DNA of 64,000 bases from Camelus ferus (lineage: Eukaryota). A program made the position numbers and the translations under genes. The notes below the pieces were generated by a model that was given only the letters and a program-made list of their open reading frames with translations, did not search any database and was not told where the DNA came from. Shown in pieces: positions 13,234 through 27,200 of the stretch; positions within the stretch are counted from its first letter, which is position 1, and each line of letters begins with the position of its first letter. The stretch covers positions 116,810,001 through 116,874,000 of the forward strand of contig NC_045696.1 of NCBI RefSeq assembly GCF_009834535.1, written 5' to 3'.

Positions 13234-13773
13234 TATCAAGAAGGGGGAAGTTTTCCTTTTCCCTTCTTGGTTCTTTTGGCTGGTTGAATAGTTAAAATGA
13301 CATAAGACAGATCGATGGGAGAAAACCAAATGGAATTACATACATACACACAGGGAATCTGTATAAACATGGCAGAGTCCAAAGACTGTCGGACAAAATG
13401 AGGCATATATATCATTCTGGACTAAAGCAAAGGGGGCAGGTCTGGGACTTTAAAGGGAAGGAAGCCAATTCACAGGAAGATGAAAAAAGAGCAAACGTTT
13501 GGTAAACATGTTTGCTGGGCCATGCAGAAACAATGGGACACAGAGAGGAATTTTAACAGACAGACTTTGCTTGGCTCCTTTCTGTCTACAACACCTCATT
13601 CATATTATGTCACAGATATCTCTGGTGATTGTTCTCTTTCCTGGAAACAGGTCCTCTAACCAAATTCTTTAAGGCAGTTAAGGGGGAGGTGAAAAGAAAA
13701 CCTTCCTGAGTCTTCTGTTTCTTCCACACGCCAAAGAGACACTCATTGGGGTGGCAAGTTTTGTTTCTTTGCA
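13234..13773 (-). mobile_element. Solo ERV1-type LTR (MER34/MER39-group-like), same orientation as KCNH8
   Basis: The minus strand begins tgcaaagaaacaaaacttgccacccc; length about 540 bp. Candidate 4-bp target site duplication gtgg/gtga. Confidence 0.65.
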
Positions 13774-14639
13774 GTGAATAACCACAAGCATAGCTTACTT
13801 CTTGTTGCCACCTTGGTTTACTGTCATCCTCACTCCTCATGTTCAGCCCTCAAGGTTGCTCCCAGTTTCCCATCAACTTATCTTCTCTGGTCACACCTGC
13901 ACATCCCATAGCCAATAAGGCCCAGTTCCACATCTATTTCAAAATACACCACAGGTGTCTTCCCGCAGTCATGGAATCATCCTACACAGTCAGGAGCAAG
14001 GCTGCCACTGCTCTTTGACTATCTGCTAAGAGTTTTTCACATGGACGCAAATTTCCCCAAATTACTGTATAAGCTTCTCAAATACAGAGAATGCCTTCAG
14101 TTTTTTTCAGTACCCATTTCCTCACTCAAATCATGGTGTGAGGTTTATTTCGAGCCTGTCTTTAAATAGTTCTTATTAGTTAGTTGACAGAGAGCAGTTT
14201 AAATCTTCTGGTGGTCAGTATGTCCAACTGAGTTGAGGCTATTGCCTCTCCTTGCTTCTCTGCATGTCCCTGGGTCTCCCTTCTAGGGTTTCAGCCAAAG
14301 ACAGATGACATCCAAACACATAGCTTTTAGAATTTCTGGGTTTCTCCCACACTCAGTCAAGGGCACCATTTGAAGGGTCATGACAAGCTCTTGGTGTATT
14401 TACAAGGGGCTGAGCAGGGCGCCAAAATCCGTGCAATTTCCCAAGCTACCTGCTGTTTGCTGAATGGTACTGACTTGCTGAGGATTAGTAACTCCAAAGT
14501 GGGCTATACAGTTTAAAAATAAAAACAGTCACCTGTGGGACCATATGAAGGAAGCCATGCAGGCCTGCTTTTGGAAACGAGGCTGTTGTTCAGTGCAATG
14601 AGCACCATTTCATATTTTGTTTTTATGAACCATAAAAGT

Positions 14640-15170
14640 AGGTAAACACTAGTTTACTGCCTACTATGGGTCAGGGTACTGTAAAAGTTGGAGGAACTAG
14701 AGATATAAACATGCTACCCAGTCCATATCCTCCGGGAGCTCACAGTTTACTTATGGTATATGTGTGGGGTGGGGGGAGGGAGAGACAGCTGTGGAATATA
14801 GTGGAAGAGAGGGCAAGGAGAACCACTTAAACAGTGCATGAGGGCACTCTAACCTGGACTCAGGGTGGCAGGTGCAGACGACGTAAAAGGAAGGCTTTGC
14901 AGAAGAGGTCAAAGACGGTATGTCAAGAATATGAAGTGTATTTTGGGTTAAGAGGAGCTAAGCAGATGTCTTGCCATTTTTTTTTTTCTCAGAGTAGAAA
15001 AGACAGAGGATATGAAAACACAAAGGATGTGAGGAATGACACAGCTGAGGAGCTGCAAGTGGTCTGGTGTGGCTGAAGCCACAGAAAGGAGGAGCAGGTG
15101 GTGATGGATCAAAGGACAGAGGTACAGAGCCCAGACCGTGAGGGCCTCCTATGCTACGCTGAGGAACTGC
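14640..15170 (-). mobile_element. L2 LINE fragment(s)
   Basis: tttactgcctactatgggtcagggtactgt...cctccgggagctcacagttta followed by purine-rich L2-like text. Confidence 0.55.
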
Positions 15171-16097
15171 CATGTGCAGTCACTTGGGTGACATTATTTT
15201 GGTCCCCAACAAATATGTAATGAATTGTGTAATATAATACACATGTAATGAGTTACATCTCGGCCCAGGTGACCATAATATTTTCTGTTATCTAAAATAT
15301 TTAAACAACTTCTCAATATATTCAATGTATATTTGGGTTTTAAAGGTATTTATATACTTATTTATCTTAAAACAATTGGGGCAATGGAAGAAAAGATTAT
15401 TCTAGTGACAAATGCTAAATGCATGAATTGAAATGGGAAATATAAGGCACATAAATCATGCCATACTTACTTAGAGAACATATATATATATTTTTTATAC
15501 TGCAAGAAAACATACTTGGAAAAAGTGGGCAGAGGAGAGAGTGACATAGCAGAGTTCACGTCTGGTAAGAGGCAAATGGAAAAAAACCCCTCATTACTCT
15601 ACAGTGAGTTTCTAAATCAAGAACTCACAATTTTCTTCTCGGTTTCTAACTTTAGTAATATTCCATTCTTAATTTCCTTGCCTTGTTCAAAATAAGCACT
15701 ATTGTTTCATATTTTATGAGCACGTGTTCCTTCTCACAGTCTATTTACAGTAATTTGTAAGCCAGGGGCAGCGTCGTTCTCGGATGTGCGCTAAGACAAT
15801 TTTCCTCCAAATCTGCCGCCTCACAAATGCTTCAGATTTAAAAGCAACGCAGACACGCTGTGAAATCAGTTCTGGTTTGTCAGGCAAATATAATTCTATT
15901 TTTCATATATATCTAGTCTCCCAAGGAAAAAAGGAATGAAGGACAATAATACAATATTGATTAACATTATTTTGTCTGAACTACTCTATTAAGTGCTTAT
16001 ATAGTATTTAAAAAAATTCAGAAAATGATACGCACCTAGAACTTCTCACAATGGCTATTACTAAATAGTAATAAATATTAGCATGAAAAATTGCATT

Positions 16098-16526
16098 AAA
16101 ATTTTTTTATTGAGGTATAGACAGTTTACAATGTTGTGTCAATTTCTGCGTACAGCATAATTCTTCATACATGAATATACATATATTCATTTTCATATTC
16201 TTTTTCACTGTGAGCTACCACAACATATTGAATATAGTTCCCTGTGCTATACAGTATAAATTTGTTTATATATTTTATATATACTAGTCAGTATCTGTAA
16301 ATCTTGAACTCCCAGTTCATCCCTTCCCATCCTTCTCCCCTCTGGTAACCACAAGTCTGTATTCTATGTCTGTGAGTCTGTTTCTGTTTTATATATAAGT
16401 TCATTTGTCTTTTTTTTTTAACTCCACATATGAGTGATATCATATGTATTTTTCTTTCCCTTTCTGGCTTACTTCACTTAGAATGACATTCTCCAGGGCC
16501 ATCCATGTTGCTGCAAACGGCATTAA
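16098..16526 (-). mobile_element. L1 3' end (lineage-specific family), 5'-truncated
   Basis: Reverse complement of the L1 3' region at about 44385-44798. Perfect 12-bp TSD aaaaattgcatt at 16086-16097 and 16527-16538. Confidence 0.92.
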
Positions 16527-16699
16527 AAAAATTGCATTTCAACTAGAGTTTTATTAACCCATAAATGCTCTAAGGATAATGTAAGTAAAAATAAAACTGA
16601 AAACATGTTATAAAGTGCATATATTAATAGTCTCTGGCCCAACAACTCCACTCATTAAAACAATTCTAAACAAAGGAGTAGGGTCTTTTGCATTTGATG

Positions 16700-17020
16700 C
16701 TCTCTTTGCTTGGAACGTTTATCAATACATGCTTCCTTGATACTCTTCTGTCTTTATTTAAATGCCTTTTCTCAAGTCACTTTCCTGACCATTTCACTTA
16801 AAATCACAGCTCATTCCTTCTCTGTCTCTGATTTATCTTCCCCATGCAACTCACCACTCTCTGATATGCTGTCTGTTCTATGTAATCGTGTTGTGTCCTG
16901 TCGTCTCCTGTTAGAATATAAATCAGAGGATCCTCATTGGTTCCACGGCTCTATCTCTAACGTCTAGAACAGTGCATGGCCAACAAAAGGCATTCAGTAC
17001 CAATTTGCTTAGTGAATTAG
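16700..17020 (+). mobile_element. L2 3' end fragment
   Basis: Ends ctagaacagtgcatggccaacaaaaggcattcagtaccaatttgcttagtgaat, a typical L2 tail. Confidence 0.65.
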
Positions 17021-17196
17021 GATACTTTTCACAAATATGTTCATTAAGACTTTTTTATTCAAGGGGCAAACAAATAAACAAATAAAAATCTTCCTAAATG
17101 TGTAACAACTAAGACATGGTTAAGTAAACAGAATAGTGTGTTTACATGATGAAAATCATGTAACTACTGAATGTTTATAAACATTTATAAAACACA

Positions 17197-17268
17197 ATAT
17201 GCATGACTGGGACGTTGTGCTGTACACCAGAAATTGACACATTGTAACTGACTGTACTTCAATGAAAA
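17197..17268 (+). mobile_element. Very short L1 3' tail
   Basis: tgtgctgtacaccagaaattgacacattgtaactgac is shared with the other L1 tails; flanked by aaacaca on both sides. Confidence 0.75.
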
Positions 17269-18238
17269 TAAACACAGAGAAATATTTCTATTAAAATATT
17301 ATGTGGAAAAAAGGGGGCACAGAAATTTGTGTAGACTATGATTACAACCACATGAACAGAAGCAGAGAAAAGAGCAACAAGAAATATCTAACATGGCAGG
17401 AGCGGTTGCGACTGAAGGCCATTTGCTCTTCTCCGCTGTTTCTATTCTAAAGTTTATATAACTAGCATAATATACCCATAGAGAAGAAATTAAACTAATC
17501 CAAATAAAATGCCTGGAAAATGTAATCTGTTGGTTTGTTAGAACATTGTCGTTGAGGAAGATTTTGTTCACAGCAAAGACAGTGGGACTATTTCCAAAAA
17601 TCTACACGTCTGTCTAGTAGGAAATGAATAAAGTACTTTTTATAATCAAACATAAACGTATTATTCTAGCCTAAAATATTAATTGCTATTTTTGAACCAA
17701 TCAAATGAAGAAAACACTCTGCTTTGCAGTTTTACGTGGTTACATAACAACAGCTGATTTATCAGAGCACTTTCTCTTCCCATGTGGAATGGTGAACGGC
17801 CTAAAGCAGCAATAATTAAACTATAGTTTACTTGCAAAATAAATGCAGTGTAACTTTTTGGTTAAGTACTTAAGTAAGTACTTTGAAGCCAACTTATCTA
17901 GGAACTTCTAGTAACAATAATGAAAACAGTATCTTACTTTTCAATGCACTCTTTTTCCCTTAAAAACGCTCTGACATATAAAATCTCTTCACTTTTGAGA
18001 TAAGATATTGGATATGTCACACTTCTCTGGGAATCTTAAGGGGCAGGTTAATTTTCTGGTTTTTGTTTGTTTGTTTGTTTGTTTAATTATTGCTATATCC
18101 TCAGGCTTGGATTTATTCAGCTGAAAATAGCTGGTCAGTAGCCAAATGGGCACTGATTTGTTTCTAGTCAGTGATTAATGCCCATGACAATACATTCCAT
18201 TTATGTGATACTTCAAATATGTTATCTGTTGATGAAGG

Positions 18239-18678
18239 TGAAGTGGGAGGAAAGGGGACAGGGCAATCACTGAAGGAATAACATAGGAACTGAGGACAGG
18301 ATAGACTGGTTAGAACCAAGATGGTGGAATATTTGACTTCCAGTTGACCTTGAGCCTCATGGCACAGCCATAGGGCCATGGCAGTTCCTAGGCTGACCGT
18401 AAAAGGTCCAAAAATGGGTGGGGCAGGGGGATTTCTGGAAATCCTTGTCCCTTCCCCAAAGTAGGTGGAATAATCCTCCTACTCATTAGCATATGAAATT
18501 ACCGAGCCCATAAAACCTAACAACTCCACACCTCGTGGTCGCTCTCTCTCTTGCCTTCTGAGATGGCCCGCACTCTGCCTATGGAGTGTGTATCTCTATA
18601 AATAAACTTGCTTTCACTTTACCATGCCTCGCTCTTGAATTCTTTCCTGGAGAGGCAAGAACCTATTCTCCCACAACA
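18239..18678 (+). mobile_element. Solo MER41-like ERV1 LTR
   Basis: TG...CA termini with candidate TSD aagg/gagg. Collinear blocks shared with recalled MER41: aaccaagatgg, gccatggca, gaataatcc, ttagcatat, ctctgcctatggagt, aataaacttgctttcacttta, gaattctttc. Confidence 0.75.
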
Positions 18679-19891
18679 GAGGCACTGGGAATACTGTCAG
18701 CATTGGGCTAAGAAGGCCACATGGGACGAAGGTCAAGCCTGAGCCCTGGCTATGAATGCCACCTTGAGCTACTGTTGATAAGAGACCCAAGACTCAATCC
18801 AAGATCAGCGTGACTGGCTAAACGGAATAACTCAACATGCTTATGGCTTTGGGTGTGGGGGTGCAGGTGTGCAGACATGGGGATGCACTGTGTGGACTTC
18901 CATCACCAACCCAGGTTTGAAAGGCAGACTGAGACGAGGAGGGAGAATGTGAGTATGTGAGAGTAGGGGAGGAAGAATGGTACCACCACGGGGAGAGAGG
19001 AAGGGAGGGAGGGATTCAAATGCTAAGAGAGAAACAAATGTTAACTAATCAAAACTTCTAAATACGTAGCCCAGGAATTCCACGATGTCCAAATATTCAG
19101 TGGTAGAATTTACTTTAAGTCCCTTATCACTATGAAACTTCAACTTTATTGTTCAAAGTCTTTCCCTCCAGTCTCAAAGTCTCTATCTTTAATTTTAAGT
19201 CATTTAATTAAGGGGGGAAAATGACACCTTCTCACTTCTGAGGATAAGGAGTATAAATTTGGGTTTGCTTGTACAATGAAATAGTAATAAAACGACTATA
19301 CTTTTTCAGGTTCCACTGGGATTTATTTATTTTATCCTAACAGAAAAAGGTACTCAAGAATGCCAAAAGAATTAAAGTACTTCTTTGGAGGCTTGAGTTT
19401 CTACCAAAGAGTAACGAATTGGAGTTAAATGGGATAAGAACATCACTCCCTGGTTCCACATTAAATGGAAAAAGGCATATTTATGAAGATGGTGCATAAG
19501 AAAGAGACAATTTGTGGAGAAGTTTTACAAGATAAACATGTATTCTAAAATACTGTTAGAAACTGAACACAGATCCAGTAAACTTACAAAGTTGTTGACT
19601 AGACAAGCCTGTTGCTCTAAAGCTGGTGATTCAAGGTTTGACTCTCAACTGTTACTGGAAGATTATCTTGTGCTTTCAGGGCACATAAGAGCTGGGCAGG
19701 GAAAAGGGAGAGGAGCTGAAATGCAGATCAGCTAGAAGTGCTGAAGACTGGATGGGAGAAGACACTGGAATCATCGCCTCTCATGTTGGTTGGTAATGGC
19801 TCGATGCATGCCCGACTAGAGCGCTGCAGATTAAGGATGCCTGACTTAGGTAGATGGAAGATGATGGTATTTAAGACACTTTCTCTCAGTA

Positions 19892-20020
19892 GGGTGGGAG
19901 GATAGAGCTCAGTGGTAGAGCACAAGGCCCTGGGTTCAATCCCCAGTGCCTCTGTTAAGGGGAAAAAAAATTAATAAAATAAAAATATGTAAAAAAAAAA
20001 AAAAGACCAAAAAAAAATTA
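19892..20020 (+). mobile_element. tRNA-derived camelid SINE (Vic-1-like) with internal deletion
   Basis: A box agctcagtggtagag and B box gggttcaatccc, followed by an A-rich tail. Confidence 0.8.
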
Positions 20021-21499
20021 AATTCCCTCAATTTTTCTAAAAGGATGCTGATCCAAGTCTGTTGGAATGGCTGCATAGAGACTTACATCCTTTACATGAT
20101 AGATGATGCCCCAGACACCTGCGTTCCTAAGAGCTAAGGATGTGAAATGTTCTTGGTCTGCTTTATTTCCATGATTAGCTGGATTATCAGTATATATTAA
20201 AGAGTGCTCATTTTTCTGAAAATAGTGGATATCAAAACAAACTGAAGAAATATGGACTTGGTGACATTATTGGCAATACTCATTACTACTGACTAAAGAG
20301 TGAGTGAGCTTATTTCTTGATACAATCACTTCCCGAAAGCCTCACAATCATGCTACTATTTTGCCCGTTTTACAGACAGGTTTTGGGTTTTAGTCCTAGA
20401 CTGGTCAGCTATTAGCTAGATCTTGGATAAACTGTTTACTGTTTTCCCCCCTTTCCTCCTTATGTGTAAACAGATTTACCTGCCTTAACTATGTAATTAA
20501 AATTAAATGATACGAAGAAATAAAGATTCTGAGATAGCGAAGTCTAGGGACAGGAAGGTGCACAGAAGCATTGGTTAACACAGCACTGCAGACAAAAGGA
20601 GAAAGAAATAAAATAATCAGAAATGATGAAAATACACATATTCATAAGAAAACTGCACTTACAAGAATTCTGTTCATTAGTTGGGGTAAATCATTTGACA
20701 ATATGTGAATGGCGGTCTAAAGGCATGAAATAAACACCAAAGGATGGGATGGTAGTGATGATTAATGAATTAAAGTTAAACCCACATATTCCTAAAATGG
20801 TCCCTCTGTGTGATACTGTCCCCACTAAGAACCAGTGAGCCAGAACTACCGAAATCAACACAGAGTATAACCTTAAAAATATAACTTTGAGAAAAATGCC
20901 TTTTGAATATGCCTGGGGTGTTGGACATTGTCATAATAATTGGGGTGCCTGGCTGGTGGGTCATGGTGCACGTGTGAAATGTGTGGTCCCGGACAGAAGC
21001 ACACAGTGTGTGACTGCCGTTTCTCTCACACGACTCTCAACTGTCCTTCTGTGACTGAGGGAACTACAGAGTAAACTGAAGGTACAATTGCACACCACGT
21101 TCCCTCTGACTCGCAGCTTTCTCAGGACTTCTTAGAGACCAAGTCAATCGGAGTTACTGGTGTGGGGTAGCCTGTGATTCTAAGCTTTTGTGGTTGTAAC
21201 AGCAGATAAGAAGTATGTGCAAACCACTCCCTAGACAGGCTCCCAGGGAAATGACAGGACAGAAGACAGAGCTTTCTGTTTCTTGGAAACAGGTGTATCT
21301 AGGACCTCTGAAGTGGCCACAGATTACCACGGATAACAGCATGGTAATTTATGGTTTTTTTTTTTTAATTTTTAGAATGACAGAACTATCAGTAACAGAA
21401 TATCCAATTACCAGTGGTTCCAATGCTAGGAACATTATTTCATTACCTAGCAAAGAGTCCGGAGACACAACATCTCAACTTTCTGCTCTGACACCCACA

Positions 21500-21880
21500 T
21501 CCTCTTCTCTACATCTCCTCTAATAATTAAGGATGACTGCAGTAGTTACCCACATCATGCCCTCCCAGCCACATATCCCTGGGGGAAAGAAAGGAATAGG
21601 GACATGAGTATTTTCCCCTCACGTCTCTCTTTCTTTTTTTCAGGGTAAAAATGATTTCCAAGAAGCCCCAGGGAAATGATCTCTTAATATCTTATAGGAC
21701 AGAACCAGTCACACGCTCACCCCCACAGCTGAAATTGCAAGGTGAAGAGAATTACCCCTGGCTTCAAATATTCATAATTACTTCCCTGGGTCTGGGCACA
21801 CTGCTGCCTGCACAAAACTGACTTCTTCGGGTCGTCAGGAAATGGGAAAGTGACTGTTGGACTACAGGTACACTACAGTT
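21500..21880 (-). mobile_element. MaLR LTR (MLT1-like) fragment
   Basis: tttccaagaagcccc...tcttataggacagaaccagtcacacgctcacccc resembles antisense MLT1J/K. Confidence 0.45.
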
Positions 21881-22694
21881 TTACCAGCCAAGATTTCAGA
21901 GATTCAAACGATTACTATCTGCATTCAGGGAAGAAAGGGAAGTTGGCATTCTTTCTCTCATTTTCTGCCTCATTGCTGTTAATAAAGGAAAGCAAGTTGA
22001 GCGGAATTTTTCAGAAAATGGAATCACGATCATACACTCTTAAGAAAGCTGATCTAACAACCAGGAGACCCGAGTCTGCCATCAGTTAATTATGGGGCCC
22101 TGGGCACTAGGGCTCAGTTTCTTACCCATAACTAAGACTGAATTAGAGGAATCACCAGTTCACTCTTTATTTTAAGCTTCTGTAAGGCTTTGAATCAGCA
22201 GCTAACTTAAATATGATGGTTTTCAAAGTAAAAGGAACTGTATAACCACTTTGTAACTTACAGCCAAAGCTTGGGCCCTATTGGTCCTAAAGAACCAATG
22301 TGGCTTACAAACAATTTCTTTTAAGAAGAAGAGGGTAGTTAGAAGAGATTCACGCTCACCACTCATATGTACATTCCGACGAGCACAGCTACACTCAGAT
22401 ACTTTCTTTACGGTGAGTTTGTCAGGGGAGGGTGTTTAAAGTCGGCCTTCCCAAGGGCCTGTTACTAAGTGGTCAGGAAAGGAACGAGCCCTGAGGTAAC
22501 AATAAATTTAGGAGATGCTGTACTAATCACAGTTAAACAGATTTCTTTATCGCTAAATTTCTTAGAGGATTGATAATGCTAGAAGTACATTGTGACCCTC
22601 CAAAAGACATATATTATCTCCCAGCTTCCATTTTGACTGTATATTTCTTTTTCAAGGAACATTTAATTTTTCCCCATTTAGGAAGTAATCACCC

Positions 22695-22785
22695 TATGTG
22701 ACTGAAGTATTGTGCTGTGCACCAGAAATTGACACAACACTGTAAACTGACTAGACTTCAATGAAAATGTTATTAAAAAAATAAA
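22695..22785 (+). mobile_element. Very short L1 3' tail
   Basis: ttgtgctgtgcaccagaaattgacacaacactgtaaactgactagacttcaat plus A tail; gaagtaat on both flanks. Confidence 0.75.
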
Positions 22786-23878
22786 GCACATTAGAAGTAA
22801 TTAAAGTACCCATAATGTCCAATATATTGTTTAAAAGAACAAAAAATTTGGAGGATATCTTTGGTTATCTATTTCTGCCTAATAAATCATGTCAAAATGA
22901 AAAAAAAAAAAAAGAAAGAAAAGAACCACATCATCTCACACTTGTACAAAGTGGTACAAATAACAAAATATTTTGAAAAACATTATTTTTTGCTATCTAA
23001 AAACCTCTCTTTCCAAAACTTCTTGTTGAACTACTTTTTAATAATTCTGACCTAGTTGATTATAAAATGCCAATTTAATATACTACTCTATAAACAGAAT
23101 ATAAACCATATGTTAAATATACATATGGGTTTAACTGCACACACCAACTTAATAAATATTAAATAGTACAAACACAACAATACGAATATTGTGAAAATGC
23201 ATTATTAGAGGCAATATACCTTTTTAGTCCTTATATTTTGACTTATTTCTCAATGATCCTTTTTAGGCCACCTTTGTGAAATATTTCATAGAATAAAAGT
23301 TCTGGGAAACATGCTTTGAGAAATGTTAGTTTAAACATTTTCCAAATACATTATAATAAAATGTAGATGAGTTTAAACTCACTTAAAAGAAGGAAGAGCA
23401 GGAAGAAAACTGTAGGAAACAGCAGGGAAGTTTTTACTGCTTATAAAAATAAGTTTGTCAGCTAGGGAGTCCTGGCAGGAGATGCACTGAAACTGCTGGC
23501 AAGCCAAACCCCAAATTTTACAGGAATCTTTGTAGGAGCTTAAAGGTATAAAAACAGGAGTGGGTTTCCATTCTTTTGTCATGCGACTAGTAAGAGGTGG
23601 GTACTGTCTTCTACCTAGAGAAACATCTTGATGCCTGGAGCACAGTAGAAATGGCAGCAAGAAAGAACAGCAGAAGATTTAGGGGCAACCATCAGAGAGG
23701 CAAGCCAGACTCTGCTAGTTTAGTAGAGGAAAGCAGCCTGAAAAAAAACCAAACTCTTATATATCTTTCTTACAGGTATCAGTCCCTCTGAGAGTAAAAT
23801 CATCATCTGTCAATGAGCAGGCAGTACCAGAAATGGTTTCTAAGCCCCAGAGATTTCCAAAACTTAAGAACCAGGAAC

Positions 23879-24030
23879 GGGAGGGAGGGTATAGTTCAGA
23901 GTAGAGTGCATGACTAGCAAGCATGAGGTCCTGGGTTCAATCCCCAGTACCTCCATCCAAAAAAACGTAAATAAATAAAAACCTAATTACCTCCCCCCAA
24001 AATAAAAAAATAAATAAATATTTTTAAAAA
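23879..24030 (+). mobile_element. tRNA-derived camelid SINE (Vic-1-like)
   Basis: gggagggtatagttcagagtagag...gtcctgggttcaatccccagtacctcc...aacctaattacctcccc plus A tail. TSD aagaaccaggaa (23866-23877) / aagaaccaagaa (24031-24042). Confidence 0.9.
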
Positions 24031-24293
24031 AAGAACCAAGAAGAGTGGGAAATAAAGTTCAAGATAAAACCTTGTCTCTAAGACAGTGTTGAAAAAAAAA
24101 TTTGTTAAGCCGATATTCTGGCTTAGATACAATGAATGACTACCCAAGTTCAAGAGAATTTTGACGAGGTCAAGAGGATGCTAATTTATGTCTGTCTTGG
24201 GGGTGGGAGAAGACACCAGAGGTTAGCAAAGTAAAAGGATATAAAACCACAATGAACTGACATCTGGACGCACCCAATTTGTCTATGATTTTC

Positions 24294-27200
24294 ACTTTTT
24301 TCTTCCTTTTTAAAAAACTGACGTATAACTGACATACAACATTACATTAGTTTCAGGTGTACAACAGAAGAATTTGGTATTTGTATGTACTGTCAAATGA
24401 TCGCCACAGTGAGTCTAGTTAGCGTCTGCCACTGTACAGTTACACAAATTATTTCCCCTTGGGATGAGAAAATTTAAGAGTGACTCTTTCAGCGCCTTTC
24501 AAATATGCAATACAATCTGATTGACTATAGTCACCATGGTGTATATTACATCCTCATGACTTTCTAACTTTATAACTGAAAGTATGAACCTCTTGACCCC
24601 TTTCACACATTCTGCCCAGCTCCCAATACCCTCTCCTCTCTGGCGGCCACCAGCCTGTCCTAATAGTTTGGTTTTCCATAGTGCAATACCCTCAAGGTCC
24701 ATCCATGTTATTGCAAGTGGCAGTATTTCATTTTTGTAATGTCTGAGTAGTTTTCCGCTGTCTATACAGCTGCCCCTCAGTATCTGTAGGGGGTTGGTTC
24801 CAGGCCCCCAAGGATACTAAAATCTGCAGGTGCTCTGGCCCCTTGTATAAAATGGCTTAGTATATAACCTTTTTGCATATAACCTTACACACATTCTTCT
24901 ATATACTTTAAATCGTTTCTACATTACTTTTAATAACTAACACAATGTAAATGTGTAAAAAGTTGTAAGTACAATGTAAATGTGAAGTAAATAGTTGTTA
25001 ATGTGTGGCAAATTCAAATTTGCTTTATGGAAATTAAAAATACATATATATTTCAAATACTTTCAATCCAGATTGGTTGAATTTGCAGATTTGGAAGCCA
25101 CAGATATGGAGGGAGGACTGTATATGCAACATCTTTTTCATCCAGTCATCCATTCACAGAGACTTAGGTCATTTCTGTATCTTGGATATTGTAAATAATG
25201 CTGCAATGAATGTAGAAGTACATATGTATTTTCTAATTAGTCTTCTGGATTTCTTCAGATAAATACCCCAAAGTGGAATTGCTGGATCGTATGGTAGCTC
25301 TATTTTTAATTTTTTGAAGAACATCCATACTGTTGTCTACAGTAGCTGTACCAATTTGCATTCCATCAACAGTGTATGAGCTTCCCTTTTCTCCACATCC
25401 TCATCAATACTTGTATTTCCTGTCTTTTTGATAGTAACTGTTCTAACAGGTGTAAGGTGATAGCTAATGGTTTTGACTTGCATTTCCCCAATGATTAGTG
25501 ATGTTGAGCAACTTTTCGTGTGCCTGCTGGCATCTATATGTCCTCTTCGGAAAGCCCAATGTCCATATCCTCTGCTCTACTGTGCTTCTATTACTGAGTT
25601 GTACAGGTTCTCAATGTATTTTGGATATTAACCTCCTAGCGAATATATGATTTGCAAATGTTTTCTTCCATTCATTAGGTTAAACTTTCACTTTTTTTTT
25701 TTTTTGGATGGTTTCCCTCACTGTGCAGTTTTTTAGTCTGATATTATCCTATTCATTTACTATGGCTTTTGCTGTCCTTGCCTTTGGTGTCTGATCCAAA
25801 ATATCCTCACCAAGACTGATACCAAGGAGTTTACTGTCTATGTTTTCTTCAAGTTTTTATGGTTTTAGGTATTACATTCAAGTCTTTAATCCATTTTGAG
25901 TTAATTTTTGTGCATATGAGATAGTAGTCTATTTTCATTTTTTTGCATGTGGCTGTCCAGTTTCCCTAACACCATTTATTGAAGAGACTGTCCTTTCTAA
26001 GGACATTAAGTATTCTTGCTTTCTTTATCTTAAGTTAATTGACCATACATGTGTGTGTTTATTTTTGGATTCTCTATTCTGTTCCATTGATCTACGTGTC
26101 TGTTTTTATGTCAGTATCATGCTGTTTTGATTACCATGTCTTTGTGATATAGTTTGAATTCTGAGAGTGTGATATCTTCAGCTTTGCTCTTTTTGCTCAA
26201 GACTGCTTTTGCTATTCAGGGTTTTGTTGTTCCATACATATTTTAGGATTGTATGTTTTATTTCTGTGAAAAATGCCCTTGGAATTTTGATAAAGGATGT
26301 ATTGATTCTGTAGATTGATTGGGTAATATAACATTCTAACAATATTAATCTTCCAAGTCATGAGCATAGAATATTTTTCATTTATTTGTGTCTTCTTATT
26401 TCTTTCATCAATGTCTCATAGTTTTCAGTGTACAGGTCTTTCACCTCCTGGGTTAAATTTATTCCTTGGTACAGTGTTCTTTTTTAAGCAATTGTAAGTG
26501 GAGCAGTTTTCTTAAGTTTTTTTTTTTTTGATATTTATTGTTAGTGTATAAAAATGTAACAGATTTCTGTAAATCGATTTTGTACCCTACAACCTTCCCA
26601 AATTAGTTTATTAGCTCCAAACTTTTTTTGGTGTGTCTTTAAGATTTTTTATATATAAAATTATGTCATGTGCAAATAGTGACAGTTTTACTTCTTCCTT
26701 TGTAATTTGGATGATTTTAATTTCTTTTTCTTGCCTAACTGTTCTGGTGAGGGATTCTAGTATTATGTTGAAAAAGACAGACTAGAGTTGGTTTCCTTGT
26801 CCTGTTCCTGATCTTACAGGCAAAGCTTTCAGATACATACTAAGATGTTAGCTGTGGGCTTACCATATATGGTCTTTACCACGTTGAGGTACCTTCCCTC
26901 TATATCCACTTTGTTGAGAGTTTTTATCATAATGACTGTTAGCCTTTTTCAAATTCTTTTTCCACATCTATTGTGATGATCATAGGATTTTTATCTTTCA
27001 CTTTGTTAATGTGGTGTATCACATGAAATATTTCTCATTATTTCTCAAATCGTGGTGTATGATCCTTATAATGTATTGCTGTATTTGATTTGCTGATATT
27101 TTGTTGGGGATTTTACATCCATGTGTATAAGGAATATTAGTCAATAATTTTCTTTTTTTTGTGGCACCTTTGTACATTTTGGTATCAGGGTAATGCTGTC

